DNA from: Hydrolagus colliei
Lineage: Eukaryota
Direction: 5' to 3'
Length of the DNA: 64,000 nucleotides
Assembly: GCA_035084275.1 (NCBI GenBank)
Contig: CM068770.1
Span: 3,534,001-3,598,000 of the forward strand
The first letter of the stretch is position 1. Every line of letters starts with the position of its first letter. Shown piece by piece: positions 36,676 through 49,474 of the stretch. The translations under genes and the position numbers were made by a program. The notes under the pieces were generated by a model. The model was given only the letters and a program-made list of their open reading frames with translations, was not told the DNA's origin and searched no databases.

Positions 36676-38984
36676 AATGAATGAACAAGCTGGAATGAAT
36701 GATGTCAAGTAAAAATGGGGCCATTAGAAGAAAGGTGAAATGCTTTTATGCGGATTGTTAGAATGTAAAGGTCCTTAAGAGTGTTAAGTTGTGGCTGTAA
36801 AACCATTGGGTGGAGAGACAGCGCAGAGTTGCTGAACTTGTTGCCAATAAACCTAGGTTTGATACTTGTGAGTCGATCCTTATTGCTTCGTTGAATAACC
36901 TCTCCGAGCTCCCTACCTTCACAAGTCTGTCTGAGATTCCTTCATGGCTCGGTTACATCTCCCAGCCAGTTGGGACATCCTCCCGATGTGAAAGGCGCTA
37001 TACAAATCTAATTTGTATTGTTCGTTCAAAGGAACTACTGTCACTTTCTCCCCGGGTTTGCAAATCGCAAAATCCTAGATTTTTTTTAGAGAGAGGAAAG
37101 GTAATTATTAGCACGTTACGCCCAATTAATCAAATCCATCATCTGTTATATTCTGCCGCACTTATCTCAACCCTGCCAGCTGTACAACACTCGAGCCGTG
37201 TGAAACTCGCTTGTCAGTCACCGTTAATGGACCTCAGTGAAAGGCGCGGAAGGCAAAGTTGCCGTGACTTCGTGTAAGAAGCTTCGCATTGCGAGCAAGC
37301 GCTCCACCGTATCTTTCGGCTTTCCACGTCACCTCGGCAGTGGTTGGATGCAACGCGATCTCACCTTTCTCGTACTCTTCAGTCACAACACTTCCGAGCA
37401 CCTGTTCAAACAGCCTACGGCAAAAGCTTTGCCAACGCACAGCAAGGGATTGTTCTTCCGAGCGAGCCCAGGCACCAGTTTCCATATGGCTGTTCATTTA
37501 CAGACCAGAAGGAGAGGCAGCGACAGTCTCTGTATAGACTCGGATAGCGCTGAGAGACAGCAAGGCTGTTGGCTTGGTGCCCGCTGTATCCCACGGTAAA
37601 GGCGCCGAGGGTTTAATCCCAGAAAATAGCGCATTGGGTAATGTGAGCGCTGTCGGCTGGCTCAGCCGGGAGCTGTGTGAGCTCCACTGTCTGGGTTTGT
37701 TACAGCAGTCTATTGCCTCGATGCCGCTTGTTCTTGAAGCAGCCTCTGCTGTGACCTGGCATTCGGAGGCTGTTGCTAATGGAATCCCATTGCCACACTC
37801 TAGGTGAGACTGAAGTGGTCCACAGACCGTGTAATGGAACCTGAAAGATCTCTTGCGTTGTTTATCTAGAGTGAGTTTCGCTTGGGGTCAATCCTCGAGC
37901 GAGTGTGGGTGGAGATTACGAACTGGCATGGGATATTGGGAAATTGCCCGTGAACTAGGTTTAGCTTTAGATATGGTCCAAAGTGGCTGTCCTAGGCTCA
38001 GCCCATGTGTTTGTTGACTGTTGGTTCGAAGCATATGTAGGATTGTTTACGAGACAATAAACAATCCAATAGCAGTTCAAATCAACGACCACTTGCGCTT
38101 ATATAGCACCCTCCAACGCAGAGCACTTAAGTCTTATCCTAACAACAATCAATAAGTCTTTACTTATGACAAATCGAGACTTAATACAACAGGCTTTCAA
38201 ATTTATACAGGACAACAAGCTACGTTTAAGAATATCCAATAGAGTTGTAGCTGACGCCAGAGAGCTTGGTTATGATCAGTCACCAATCTGTACCTTCTCT
38301 GAGAGAGATTGGCGCGCCTCAGCTAGCTTCGACCAGTTCATCCTCATGTCTGTTCCTCAGGCGTCTGTCTCTCTCCGACACTTAAGATCCACTTACAATA
38401 TGACTGTGTGTATGTGGCACAAAATCTAATGGATTACAAGTAAAAGAGATTGCTCAGAAACTCTGCATCTCATGTCCTCTCCCACAGCAGGCTTGTGATC
38501 TTCTCACCCCTGCCCTTGCCTGGCTCCAGAATCACACAGCTTTGTTGGCTATCCCATTGCCAGGCTTGTAATTATCACCGCGTGTGTCTGTACCTCAGTC
38601 TCTCTTCAGAGCAAGTATATTGGTTGGACATACATACAGTGTTTGCTTTTGTCGACAGAACATATTTCTGCACTTCTAATTTCGTCTTTCATTTCCAGGA
38701 ATATAAGGAATATCAGATTACATAGGATCACGCTTCGTAGCACAATGTTACACCATCGTTATTATTTCAATACCAGATGAAATTCCTGTAACAATGTGCT
38801 CCCTCCATTACACTGGACTGATGGATAATTGCTTTCGCCCACTGCCTTTCATGAAGCGTAATGACACTAAGGCATTTCAAAATGCCCCAAATAATATTAG
38901 TTTAACTTGGCAGTTGAAATCTCAAAATGTAACCCTCAGTGTAGCTTTCTCTGCCACCCCCCTCCAGAAATCCATCCCACAGTC

Positions 38985-39305
38985 CCTTCGCCTCGCTTCC
39001 TCCCTTTGCCTCGCTTCCTCCTTTGCCTCCTCCTCCCTTGCCTCCTCCTCCTCCTCCTCCCTTGCCTCCTCCCCCCTTGCTCCCCACCTCTTCGATTGTG
39101 TCTTCTGCTGCCCTCTCAACTCTCTCCCTCCCTCCCCTCCCAAGTCTCTCCCTCCCCTCCCAAGTCTCTCCCTCCCCTCCCAACTTTCCCCCTCCCCTCT
39201 CTGCTACTGTTTGATTCCCACTCCCGACCTGACTGTTCAGTGCCTTGGACGTCTTCCCGACGTGAAAGGCGCTCTATAAATGTCATTTTGTTGTTGTTGT
39301 TGTTA
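38985..39305 (+). mobile_element. L2 3' UTR with expanded polypyrimidine tract and tail
   Basis: C/T tract containing a 20-bp unit CCTCCCCTCCCAAGTCTCTC (two copies plus a variant), then cagtgccttggacgtcttcccgacgtgaaaggcgctctataaatgtcatttt(GTT)n. Confidence 0.7.
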
Positions 39306-39539
39306 TTTGCCCCCCTGTCAATGACAAGCCAAGTCGGTGGGTTGGTGGGGTCCTAGCTGGAGAAGCAGTGGGAATCCTTACCAGACAATAATATCAATGG
39401 CAAACGATATAAGTTTAGCTGGTCAGACCCCAGCAGTTATCCCAACGCACACTCTCGGTTCCCCCCAAGCCTTGGCTCTTGCCAGAGAGAGAGAGATTGT
39501 GAGCATACCATTCCATTCCAACAATCTAGCTCTGGGATT

Positions 39540-40009
39540 TCCACATGAGAATGATACCAGGATTGGGGAACCTTAGCTATGAGGACAGGCTGGAGAAGTT
39601 AGGACTTTTCCCATTAGAGCAGAGAAGGTTACGCGGGTACCTGATAGAGGTCTCCAAGATCATGAAAGGTTCGACAGGCTAGAGAGGGAAAAGCTGTTTC
39701 TGCTGGTAGCTGTGTCTGTGACCCGTGGTCACAGTCTTAAGATATCTACCAAAAGAAGCAGAGGGGAGGCTAGAAGAATTTTTTTTACTCAGCGAGTTGT
39801 TCAAATTTGGAATGATCTGCCTGAAAGGGTAGTGAGGTCTGATTCGATAGCAGCTTTTAAGAGAGAACTGGATCGGTATCTGGGGAAGACGGGTTTGCAG
39901 AGTTAAGGGAGAAAGCTGGTGATTGGGGTTAATGAAAGTGACGGTCAAAGAGCCGGCACAGACTCGATGGGCCGAATGGCCTCCTTCTGTGCCGTAATAT
40001 TCTATGAAT
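39540..40009 (+). mobile_element. CR1-clade LINE 3' fragment, same family as 27080-27738, frameshifted
   Basis: SVTRGHSLKISTKRSRGEARRIFFTQRVVQIWNDLPERVV; same tail gagccggcacagactcgatgggccgaatggcctccttctgtgccgtaatattctatga. Confidence 0.92.
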
Positions 40010-40956
40010 GTTATCTGCTTCACTGACTTGATCTGTGTGGGCAGAATTCACACTGTCCATTTCATTCGGTGATGTCTAAAAATAGCAATCTTTCCGTAAC
40101 TTCTTTAGTGTAATGAATCTAATGAAAATTGCATTTCTCTCGCGATTACATGGACGGAACACAATATTATTACCCCGTATATCATCATTATCAAAGAAAA
40201 GACTTCAGGGTAAGATGTTATCGTTGAAAGGGCTTTTATTAAACAGATATCTATCTGGATTGCATGAATGCAAAGAGGGTAATAAGTCTTCCCTTTAAAT
40301 TACTTGCAATTTACAGTAATTATTCCCTTCTCTTTCCTCTAACTGAGCTCCAATTCTTCTTGATTTGGGCACCAATCACCTCACAACAAACTATTTAATG
40401 CAGTTAAAACAAAAGCTTAGTGTCCGGTTAATGTTATTATCAGCAACTCAGATCAGTATTCCGTTTCCACTGCCTTCACATTTCCTCAAGGCCATGCAAC
40501 CCACATTTGCTTTCTCTGCGCCTCTCAGATCTCGGGGGAAAAAAAATTACACTTGAGGCCTTGCCCTTATACTTCCTTCCTGATTGCCCTGAATTTAACA
40601 TGTGTAGGACTTCAGGTCAAGCAGTTTTGGCCATTGTTTCAGTTGGCGAACCGTCAGCCACGTTCGCCTGCAAATCACACAGTCACTACACTTGACAGAA
40701 AATCCCGTGAAGCGCTTTGCGATAATAAAAGTATTATTTTGCATGTATTTTGCAAACAACAACTATAATCTCTATTATTCCCTGTTTCTTTGGGATTAAT
40801 GGGATGCAAAGCCTTGCCTCCAGCTCGCGAAAGGCGTACAAGATACAGCACTGAATTGAGCTGCATTGTGGCTTGAGACAGTGAAAGGGCTTTTGCAATG
40901 GCGTTTTCTGTAGCCAAGTTCTCGTCCTGGCTCTTCTCTCAGTGTCGATTGTAAGC

Positions 40957-41040
40957 TGTGAGTGTGTGTGTATGTGTGTGTGTGTGTGTGCTTGTGTGTG
41001 TGTGTGTGTGCTTGTGTGTGTCTGTGTGCATGCGTGTGCG
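40957..41040. repeat. Imperfect (TG)n microsatellite; others near 220, 2070, 4890, 13510, 13600, 51730 and 52120
   Basis: Long TG dinucleotide run. Confidence 0.9.
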
Positions 41041-41632
41041 GAGAGGCGATTGATGACCTTTGCTGCAGAGCTTTGACATTCAACAGAAGAAAACCCCCCA
41101 AAAAATGATTTCGGAGGGAAAGGGAAAAATAAATTGCATTTCAAAGACAGGGTGGGTGCCACCCAAATCCCACAAACGTAGACAAACCAGTTGCAAGTCG
41201 CTGACTGTACCTTATGGTTTACTGATGAAATCCCAGCCAGCATTTGTTTTATGATAGCCGCGTTCTTACTTTACGTACATTGATGTATAAATGAGCGTTT
41301 GTTTGTGTGAAAGCCTCTATTGTGTGTTTCCATTCCCCTCCCCCACCTTTTTGATTTCTACTCAAAGAGATCGGACGGTATTGAAAAAAATAACTGATGA
41401 GGAACTATTTCTGCTTGCAGTCCATTTGGGGAAACAAGAGGAATGTGGATTTAGTGCTGTAATTGGGTGTATAATTAGGGAAGGCAAACTCGCGAGGAGG
41501 ATCGTGTTAAGTGTGAAATGGATTGCCAGGCGTGGCGGATGGTGTTTTTTGTGTCAGCCGGGTGTCTGACACATGCGGAAACCCATCGCCGTGCTTGCAA
41601 TTTTTCTAAATCAGACTGAAAATTGCACACGT

Positions 41633-41960
41633 GTGTAGCTCAGTGGGTCAGAGCCCACTCACCTTACAAGCGAGAGACCTGTGTTCGAATCCAGGCAGGT
41701 CAGAGCGAAACCTTGGGCAAGTTTCCTTACTCCACACACACACGCCTAATAATACTCCCTCCAAAAAAAACACAATAATAAAATTGGTCATTTCAATCCA
41801 CGACTGGTTGTGTGGGGGCCGCTGCTGTGCGCAATTGGCTGCCGTATTTCCCCCACAAATATACAGTCACTTCACTTTACAGTATATTCTGTGAAGCGCT
41901 TTGAGAAGTCAATAAGATGTGGAAACGCTATATCAAAATGCAAGAATTATTATTATTTTT
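41633..41960 (+). mobile_element. tRNA-derived SINE, short form, full length, followed by (TTA/TAG)n
   Basis: A and B boxes, body and tail; 1.1 kb upstream of the IGSF9B exon. Confidence 0.9.
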
Positions 41961-43076
41961 GTTATTATTATTAGTAGTAGTAGTAGTAGTATTATTATTA
42001 TTATTATTCCACTGTCACATGGAACACTCCCTTCCCTGTGTTCAGAATGGATTCCCCCCTGGAGGAATATACCAGTGTACACAGAATTCCAAGAGCATAT
42101 TAAGGGCAGGTCAGTGAGAGTCAGGGCTTGGAGTGTGTGTTGGGAGTAACTGCTCGAATTATTAATGTTTGCGTTACTCATTAAAAATCCTAATTTGTTT
42201 TCAAGTATGTGACATTACGCAGAAAATGTGACCTTCAGTTGAGAGGGACGATTTTTTTTAAAGACGGATTTTTTTAAAACTCAACTATAAATGATAAATG
42301 ACTAGGTGTCTTTGTCCATAAGCATCACTGCTGTGCCGTCTGATGCGAAAGGAAATATTTCCCTGCACTAAACTACGTGACATAACCTCCGTATCAGAAC
42401 GCTGGCACGGAAATGACAATGATGAAAATGGAAACGGTCACAATGATTAAACTGTCAAATGTCGTGCCATTTTCTCCACACTTGTAAGGTGTCTGGCCGT
42501 TTGTGGAACCGGATTGTTAATCGATTGGTGGATCACCCTCCCCTCCCCCCACCCCCCACACACACACACACACAAAAAAAATAATAATAATAACAATTTG
42601 ATCACTCAATCCACGAGCGTTTGTGGGGGACGCTGCTGTGCGCAATTGGCTGCAGGGTTTCGCCCACAAAATATGCAGTCAATTCACTTGACAGTATGCT
42701 CTGTGAAGCGCTTTCGGATGTCACAAAGACGTGATGAGGCACTGTATCAAAACGCAAGGATCATTCCAATACCAAATTACATTTGTATGGCACCTTTCAC
42801 GTCGGGAGGACGTCCCAAGGCGCTGGACAATCAAGCAAGAGATTTGGATCCGAGCGGGAACGGGTGGAGGGATCAGATGAGGGTGGAGGGAGGGAGGGAG
42901 AGCGGGCGTGCGGGCGATCGAACACACAGTCGGAGAGGAGGGTCTCGAGACGTGCCTTGAATTGCTCTCGCCGATTAACCGTTCCAGCGGAGTTGATGCC
43001 AGCCGATTTTTGCCCCAGGCGGGGGATCCCGACTGCCGTTTGCGGTGGAGATTTACCGTGTGACTGTTTCTTGCAG

Positions 43077-43274
43077 GTACCTACAGTGCACGGGAAGAAC
43101 CAGAGTTTGAGACTGCGCGCGCTGGTGACAGTGTCATCCTGGGATGCGATGTGGTGCACCCAGTGACCGGACAGCAGCCCCCTTATGTGGTAGAGTGGTT
43201 TAAGTTTGGAGTTCCCATCCCAATATTCATCAAGTTTGGCTTCTATCCTCCTCATGTGGATCCTGAATATGCAG
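43077..43274 (+). CDS. IGSF9B: IGSF9B (protein turtle homolog B) internal coding exon, equivalent to exon 2; N-terminal half of Ig domain 1
   Basis: Acceptor tgtttcttgcag| and donor GCAG|gtagga. 198 nt, phase 1-1. Translates (G)TYSAREEPEFETARAGDSVILGCDVVHPVTGQQPPYVVEWFKFGVPIPIFIKFGFYPPHVDPEYA, near-identical to the vertebrate IGSF9B N-terminus as I recall it (REEPEFVTARAGESVVLRCDVIHPVTGQPPPYVVEWFKFGVPIPIFIKFGYYPPHVDPEYA). Confidence 0.96.
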
Positions 43275-43521
43275 GTAGGACATCAGTTCAGTTTACTCGC
43301 TCGGCTCTGCGGGACTTGGGTGTGAGATGCTGAGATGTCAGTTGGCGTTCGCAGGCGGCGTAAATAACGTAGATGTTCTGTGCGTTCATGTTAATGCTCA
43401 GTAAGGCTTCGCTGCTAAGCGATGAAACACAATGAACAACACAATGAAATACAATGCCTTGTGACTTGACCCAGGTCTAAACTCTTCGATTGCAGATCTT
43501 TCCAGCAGCGAAACATTCATC

Positions 43522-43651
43522 NNNNNNNNNNNNNNNNNNNNNNNNNNNNNNNNNNNNNNNNNNNNNNNNNNNNNNNNNNNNNNNNNNNNNNNNNNNNNNN
43601 NNNNNNNNNNNNNNNNNNNNNNNNNNNNNNNNNNNNNNNNNNNNNNNNNNN
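43522..43651. other. Assembly gap (130 N)
   Basis: Run of n characters. Confidence 1.
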
Positions 43652-44469
43652 ATGCTAGGAGAATCATCGTTATTTATAAGTGCCTCTTTAGTTGTGAAAC
43701 AGAATGAAAGCATCTTTGTTTGACTGCGTTTCCATTTGAATCACTTCTCCAATTGCTTGAGCTCCCCCTCTCTCCCCACTCCCCCCTCTCCCACCACCCC
43801 CAGCTCTCCCCTCCCACCTCTCCGCCTTTCTTTCTCTCTCAGCTTCCCGTTCCAGAGCCTTGGGACATCCTTCTGACGTGAAATGCGCTATGCAAATGTA
43901 ATTTTGTTGTTGTTGTTCCCCCTCTCTGCCCTATCCTCTTTTCCCCCTCTCCCTCTTCACTCCCCCTCTCCTGATAATGTCCCCCCCTCCCTCTCCGCCA
44001 CTCTCTCTGCCTCCCTCTCCCCCCTTTTTGTGCCTTGCTCTGAACTGGAAAATCGTAGCTTAACCAATTGAACATGTTTCCTTTCGAACAAGTGAAGTTT
44101 TCATTCAAGCTAAATGTATCAGGAAATTCATCTTTCGGCTGTGACTAGATTTCCTAATGGATCCAAAGTGAAGAGCAGAGAAAATTGCTTGTAATTACTT
44201 GATTTTAGTTAAGATTCGCTGTAATATATTTTACGGCCATTTTTCAAATCACACAGAGAAACCAGCTTTATTAGGTCATCTGACTTGAATCGACTGTGAG
44301 AATGAGTTTGGAGCTTTAGTCTCCAGACACTAATTGAGTCCTTCTACTAGGTTGATTCTTCCGTTAACTCGATAGAATGCCTGCCAGCGCCTTGGGACAT
44401 CCTCCTGACGTGAAAGGAGTTACACAAGTGTAATTTTGTCGTTGCTGTTGTTGCTTAAATCTAGTATTG

Positions 44470-44740
44470 GTCAGGATGAAACAATGGGCAAGTTTCCTTG
44501 CTCTGGGTGCTTCTCTTTAACCAGCTGTCAGTAGGAACCAGGTTGACAGTAATTATAATTTGGTCACTCAATCCACGACTGTTTGTGGGGTGGGGGGGAC
44601 ACGCCGCTATGATCACACGGCTGCCGCGTTTCACCCACAAACCTACGGTCAATTTACTTTACAGTACATTCCGTGAAGCGCTTTGAGACGCCTCGAAGAC
44701 GTGATTAGGCGCTATATCAAGTGCAAGGATTAGTATTATT
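44470..44740 (+). mobile_element. tRNA-derived SINE, long form, 5'-truncated
   Basis: gggcaagtttccttgctc...cagctgtcagtaggaaccaggttg, then body and tail. Confidence 0.75.
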
Positions 44741-45112
44741 AATGTCACAAGAGGTTTCGCCTCTCCCCCCTCTGTTTCTGGGGTTGTTGCAACAGAACAG
44801 CAAAGCGACCCCTTGGGTTGGAGCATGAAACAGCCTTTTGTTTTTAGTTCCCTCCTGAAGGAAGCCACCGCTGGGGTAGCCCGAGACTCTGTTTTGGTCG
44901 TCTACTAGAGCCGCGGCATTTTCCACTTGGGAGAAATTAGCGCATTCAGCAATGCCTAAAAATTCTCATCAAATATTGAATACGTTTAATCTGCAAGTTG
45001 ATGATGAAAGGGGAAGGCAGAGCAGTGTTTGGGTGTCTCAATTGATGCAAATCTAGTGCAACGCATTTGAATATTAAAAAGATAGGGATATAATGAAATC
45101 ACCTTATATCAA

Positions 45113-45339
45113 TAAATAATAATAATCCTTGCATTTGCTTTTCACGTCTTCTGGCATCTCAAAGCGCTTCACAGAATAGACTGTAAAGTGATACTGACTG
45201 TATATTTGTGGGCGAAACACGGCAGCCAATTGCGCACAGCAGCGTCCCCCACAAACAGCCGTGGATTGAAAATGACCAATTTTTATTAGTGTGTTTTTTT
45301 AGACAGATTATTATTAGGCGTATGTGTGTGTCTGTGTGT

Positions 45340-45377
<38 letters not shown>

Positions 45378-45480
45378 AGTATGGAAACTTGCCCAAGATT
45401 TCACCCTGACCTGCCTAGATTTGAATACACGTCTCATGCTTGTAAGGCGAGTGTTCTAACCACTGAGCTACAGGAGCTCC
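45113..45480 (-). mobile_element. tRNA-derived SINE, short form, full length
   Basis: Reverse consensus ending ccactgagctacaggagctcc; long internal (TG)n. Confidence 0.92.
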
Positions 45481-47204
45481 ACTTCATGGCTTTACAGTAT
45501 AATCCCGTGAAGTGCTCGACGTCCTCCTGGCCGTTAATGGTGCTCTAATCAAATGCAAGAATTATTATTATGATATAAAATACCATTTACAGTGAGTTTT
45601 TCTCATCGAGCTTCCGTTACTTTACCCTGAAGTTTATAGTGATTCCGAAGACCAAGAGACAGAGGTACAGCAAGGTTGAATGTTGCAAGTGCTATTTTGG
45701 GAAAGGAGAAGTGGGGGAGGGGGGTGGGTTGGTGGGGGCGAGAGGGGGAAGGGAATAGTGTAATTGATGAAAGAGAGAATTGGGTCATTTTATTTTTGAA
45801 GTGAAGGGCATTGATACATGGAGCATAGAATGAGTAAAAAGCCATTCAGCCAATCCACTATCTCCTTCCACACACTGTTCTCCCTGGCAAACAAAAATCT
45901 GCATTAACATTCCTCGTTGGCCTGAAGCTAATCATTTTAATCCCTAGAATATACATCCATTCCCAATTTGAATACTAAACCCTGGCCTAACAGCGACAGC
46001 CGTGCAAGGTAACTAAGTTAAGGAGAACAGACTGAGCCACGGCAATAATAATAATAAGAAGAAGAAAAAGAATCCTTGGATTTGATACAGAGCGTTATCA
46101 AATCTTCGAGACGTCTCAAAGCGCTTCACAGAATTACACTGTCAAGCGCATTGACTGTGCATTTTTGTAGACGAAGGCATTGGGAAAGTGCTTCCCTTCC
46201 CTGTGTCACAGTTGGGCCATTCAACGCACTCTAGCACGCGCTGAGGAACGCATTAGAAAATGATTCATGTCAGCCGTTACCAAACGCAGTGTAGAACTGC
46301 CAGAAGCCACTTATGCAGTTAAATAAATGCAAGCCTGGATCCCCTTCCAAGCTGTCTTTTAATGGTTAAAACAAAGTGGGGGAAAGGGTGGAGATTTGAG
46401 AGTTGGATAGATTTCTCTCGCCGATTGCTGACTTTACCAGAAATTTAAGCCTCATCTGGCATTGAACATGAGCAAAGTGGAAGCCTATATCTATATTTCA
46501 GTGCTTTGGGACATCCCCCCGACGTGAAAAGCGCGTTATAAATGTAATTTTGTTGTATTGTTATATCGAGCTTCTCAGTATAATGCCTCCTCAGTAACAC
46601 TCCGTCTCTGTCTGTGACTCTCTCTGGGTCTCTCTTTCTCTCTGTCTAAACTGCTGAGAAACAAATGGGTTGATTGATTTGCTCCTAATGCACGATCTAA
46701 GTTCCGCTTCAAAAATCCCATTCAAGTTCCACGTCGGTCGAATACATTATACCGACCTTTTGTTGTCTGCGAGCCTCACACGCGCCCGCCACAACACACA
46801 GCCGACTTCCTGAAAAGACGCCCACATCACTTCGGCAAAGAATGTCTGGCATTTAAGACTATGTACGAGCAGCTGTAGATTTGAGACAAGACCGCGCTTT
46901 ATCTCGAGCGAGTGAGTGGGCTGAGGCTACCCGGAGACTGAAAAATTATAGAAAATTGGATGCCACGTTGCAAACTCCTTTGATGCCATTCATTCGATTT
47001 CAATACATTTTAAGTGTCACTCTGCAGGCGGTTTATCACTGTGTTGTCCCCACAGAACCTTCCATTGGTATTGTACAATGTGGAGTGTGTTGACAACGCT
47101 GAGTGTGTGATGAGGTAACATGAGTCAACCCAACCTACACCTTCTCAATGTTCTCAATTTAACGCGCCGCACTTAAAAACGCGCAGTCAAATTTTGCAAC
47201 GTTT

Positions 47205-47430
47205 GCAAACACCCGCTCCCCTTCCCCGAACCCTCTCCCGCAGCTCTGGGCAGGTGGGAGATTGCATTCATTTTCGATTGCGCCTTCGTCCACCTACCCC
47301 GCCCTCCACCCTCCCTGATCCCAATCGCCTTCACCTTCGTCTCCCCCGCCTCTGGTCCAACTCCATGAGTGTCCAGCGCCTTGGGACGTCCTCCCGACGG
47401 GAAAGGAACTTTACAATTGCAATTTGGTAT
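47205..47430 (+). mobile_element. L2 3' UTR and tail
   Basis: C-rich region followed by gtccagcgccttgggacgtcctcccgacgggaaagg. Confidence 0.65.
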
Positions 47431-48409
47431 TGTAGTATTGCATTTCATCAGAATAGAGTCAGCTCCACCGATCTCAGGTGATAGAGACATCGATTCCCCC
47501 AAGCGTGGAAATCCCCTGAATAAATTCTCCCGGACCAATAATAATAATAATAATCCTTCCGTTTGATATAGCGGCTTTTCACATCTTCTAGACGTCTCAA
47601 AAAGCATCTCACAGAATATACCATCAAGTGAATTGACTGTATACTTGTGGGCCAGACGCGGCAGCCAATTGCGCACAGCAGCGTCCCCGCAAACGGAGTG
47701 GAACGGCCGTGATTTTCAAACAAATTCTGAATGACCACTGAAAACTACACACCGTCACTGAACACGGTGACGTGTGACCAGTGAACCACCTCCTGTGTCC
47801 TTGGCACAGAGCGAGAGTCAAAGCTGCTTAATCAGCATTCGAGCCACACCTGAGAAGAAGAATAATTTTTGCATCACAGGATTCCTGTCCAGCGCGTTTA
47901 ATATCCACAGCACACAGCGCAACGCAAAACACTGTTACATTATTTTAATTAGTTACGTGACATGTGGGTTTTATCTGCCTTCTCTTGTACCTCGCGCTCC
48001 AGCTTGTCTAGCAATTAAATTCCAGGCAGCTGCTCCTTCCTACCCACAGCCTGGCGGGGAAGAGGTCATTTGAATGGATTTGTAAGATACAGTAATGAGA
48101 TTCTTGCCGATTTGAGGTGTGTGTGGTGGGGGGGGGGGGTTTAAGATTTTTTTTGTTATTGAAAGTATCGCAACGTTTGGGTTGAAAGAAATTCGGATGC
48201 CATCTCACCCGTGCATGTGATCACTGCTGGTAGATTTCACTTGCATGGAGCCGGAGACTGGAGGCAGCTTAAACGCTACGCTGGCCACAATTTATTCCAC
48301 GGAGCCAGGTGTGGAAGAGGTGGATCGACTATTGATGCATAGAGCGAGTGCCTCTGAATGACGTAATCTTTTGTTGAGACAAAAGCCGGATTCGACACAG
48401 TGTGAAAAC

Positions 48410-48560
48410 GTCAGCTCAGTTAGTAAGCGCTCTCTCGACCCATTTCGGAATTCACGTCGCGTAGACCGATGCTCGAATGCAGCGCTGGGGGAAGTCCTGT
48501 GCGGTTGGAGTTGCCATCCTCTGGGAGGAGAGAGAGGTTGAATTCAGATCCCTGTCCAAG
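48410..48560 (+). mobile_element. Deu-domain SINE relic (5' half)
   Basis: A-box-like agctcagttagt, then gatgctcgaatgcagcgctgggggaagtcctgtgcggttggagttgccatcctctgg...ccctgtc. Confidence 0.5.
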
Positions 48561-49474
48561 TGAACAATACAGGCGTCGGGAGAACTCAAGTCTGGAAGTG
48601 ACAAAGGCGTGCGTACGATCCAGCTCAACTAAATGGTCTGTCCCCAAGTCTATATCACTCGTTGTCAGAACAGAACATAAACATGAACAGCAATGAATCC
48701 ACCCCCCACCCCGCCCCCTACTCCTCCCATGCTTTGATGTACATCTATCTACTGATACGCGATATTCATTCATTGATTATTCTCACCATAAAACTGGCAA
48801 ATCACACACGCACGTACGCACAGACGCGCGCGCACGCACGCACACATACAGGAGACATTCGTGTTTTATTGCAGAGCCCAGGTTGAAACGTGTTCTGTGG
48901 AATGAAAGCCGCGTTTAGCCCACACAACCCATTCACTTTGTCGGTATGACCTGGCTCCGTGGAACCGCACAATAAATTGTGGATAGCATAGCTGTGAAGA
49001 AGCGCTTTGAGGTGGTCTGGAAGTCGCGATGTGGCGCGGTATGAAATGATTGCTTATTTATCACGATTATTTCAAAGTTGTTGTTTTCAAGTCGATCAGT
49101 ACCTTCTTTTCAGTATCAAAGCCCCCTTTCACTTCAACTTCCATTACAAATGCGCTGAGGATTCACAGCTGACTGTGAGCAATTATGTGCACACTAAGAA
49201 CTGCAGGATTGTAGAGATGTTAATTTAACTGCAGTATTCCGCCCGCTTACGTGATCAGCATATATCCTCGCAATCGATTCATTTCGGACCCGTCTTCGAG
49301 CGTGGGAGACTGGGAATTCTAGCGGGATTCCTCTCTTAAGAAATCCTGTGAAATAAAATGCAAATGAGCTGCTTTAATATCCGAGAAAATGGCAATTATT
49401 GCACTTGCGAGAAAGATAACTACTGTATTTGGAAAATGCTGAGAGTTCCACGCAGGCAGTTAAACTGTAATTGT

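Noticed and set aside
37234-37497. Minus-strand 87-aa ORF that looks protein-like (possible transposase fragment)
   Set aside because: I recognise no catalytic motif or family, and there is no supporting splice or element structure.
38794-39356. Ser/Pro/Leu-rich and Gly/Glu-rich ORFs
   Set aside because: These are translations of a low-complexity pyrimidine tract in an L2 3' UTR.
43071-43082. Recursive AG|GT sites at the starts of both IGSF9B exons
   Set aside because: The GT follows from a split Gly codon (G|GT), and the reconstituted donors GTACCT and GTCGGG are poor.
43151-43333. 60-aa stand-alone ORF from the track
   Set aside because: It is part of the IGSF9B exon read through the donor into the intron. 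The true exon is 43077-43274.
43398-43723. ORFs containing runs of X
   Set aside because: Artefacts of the 130-N assembly gap.
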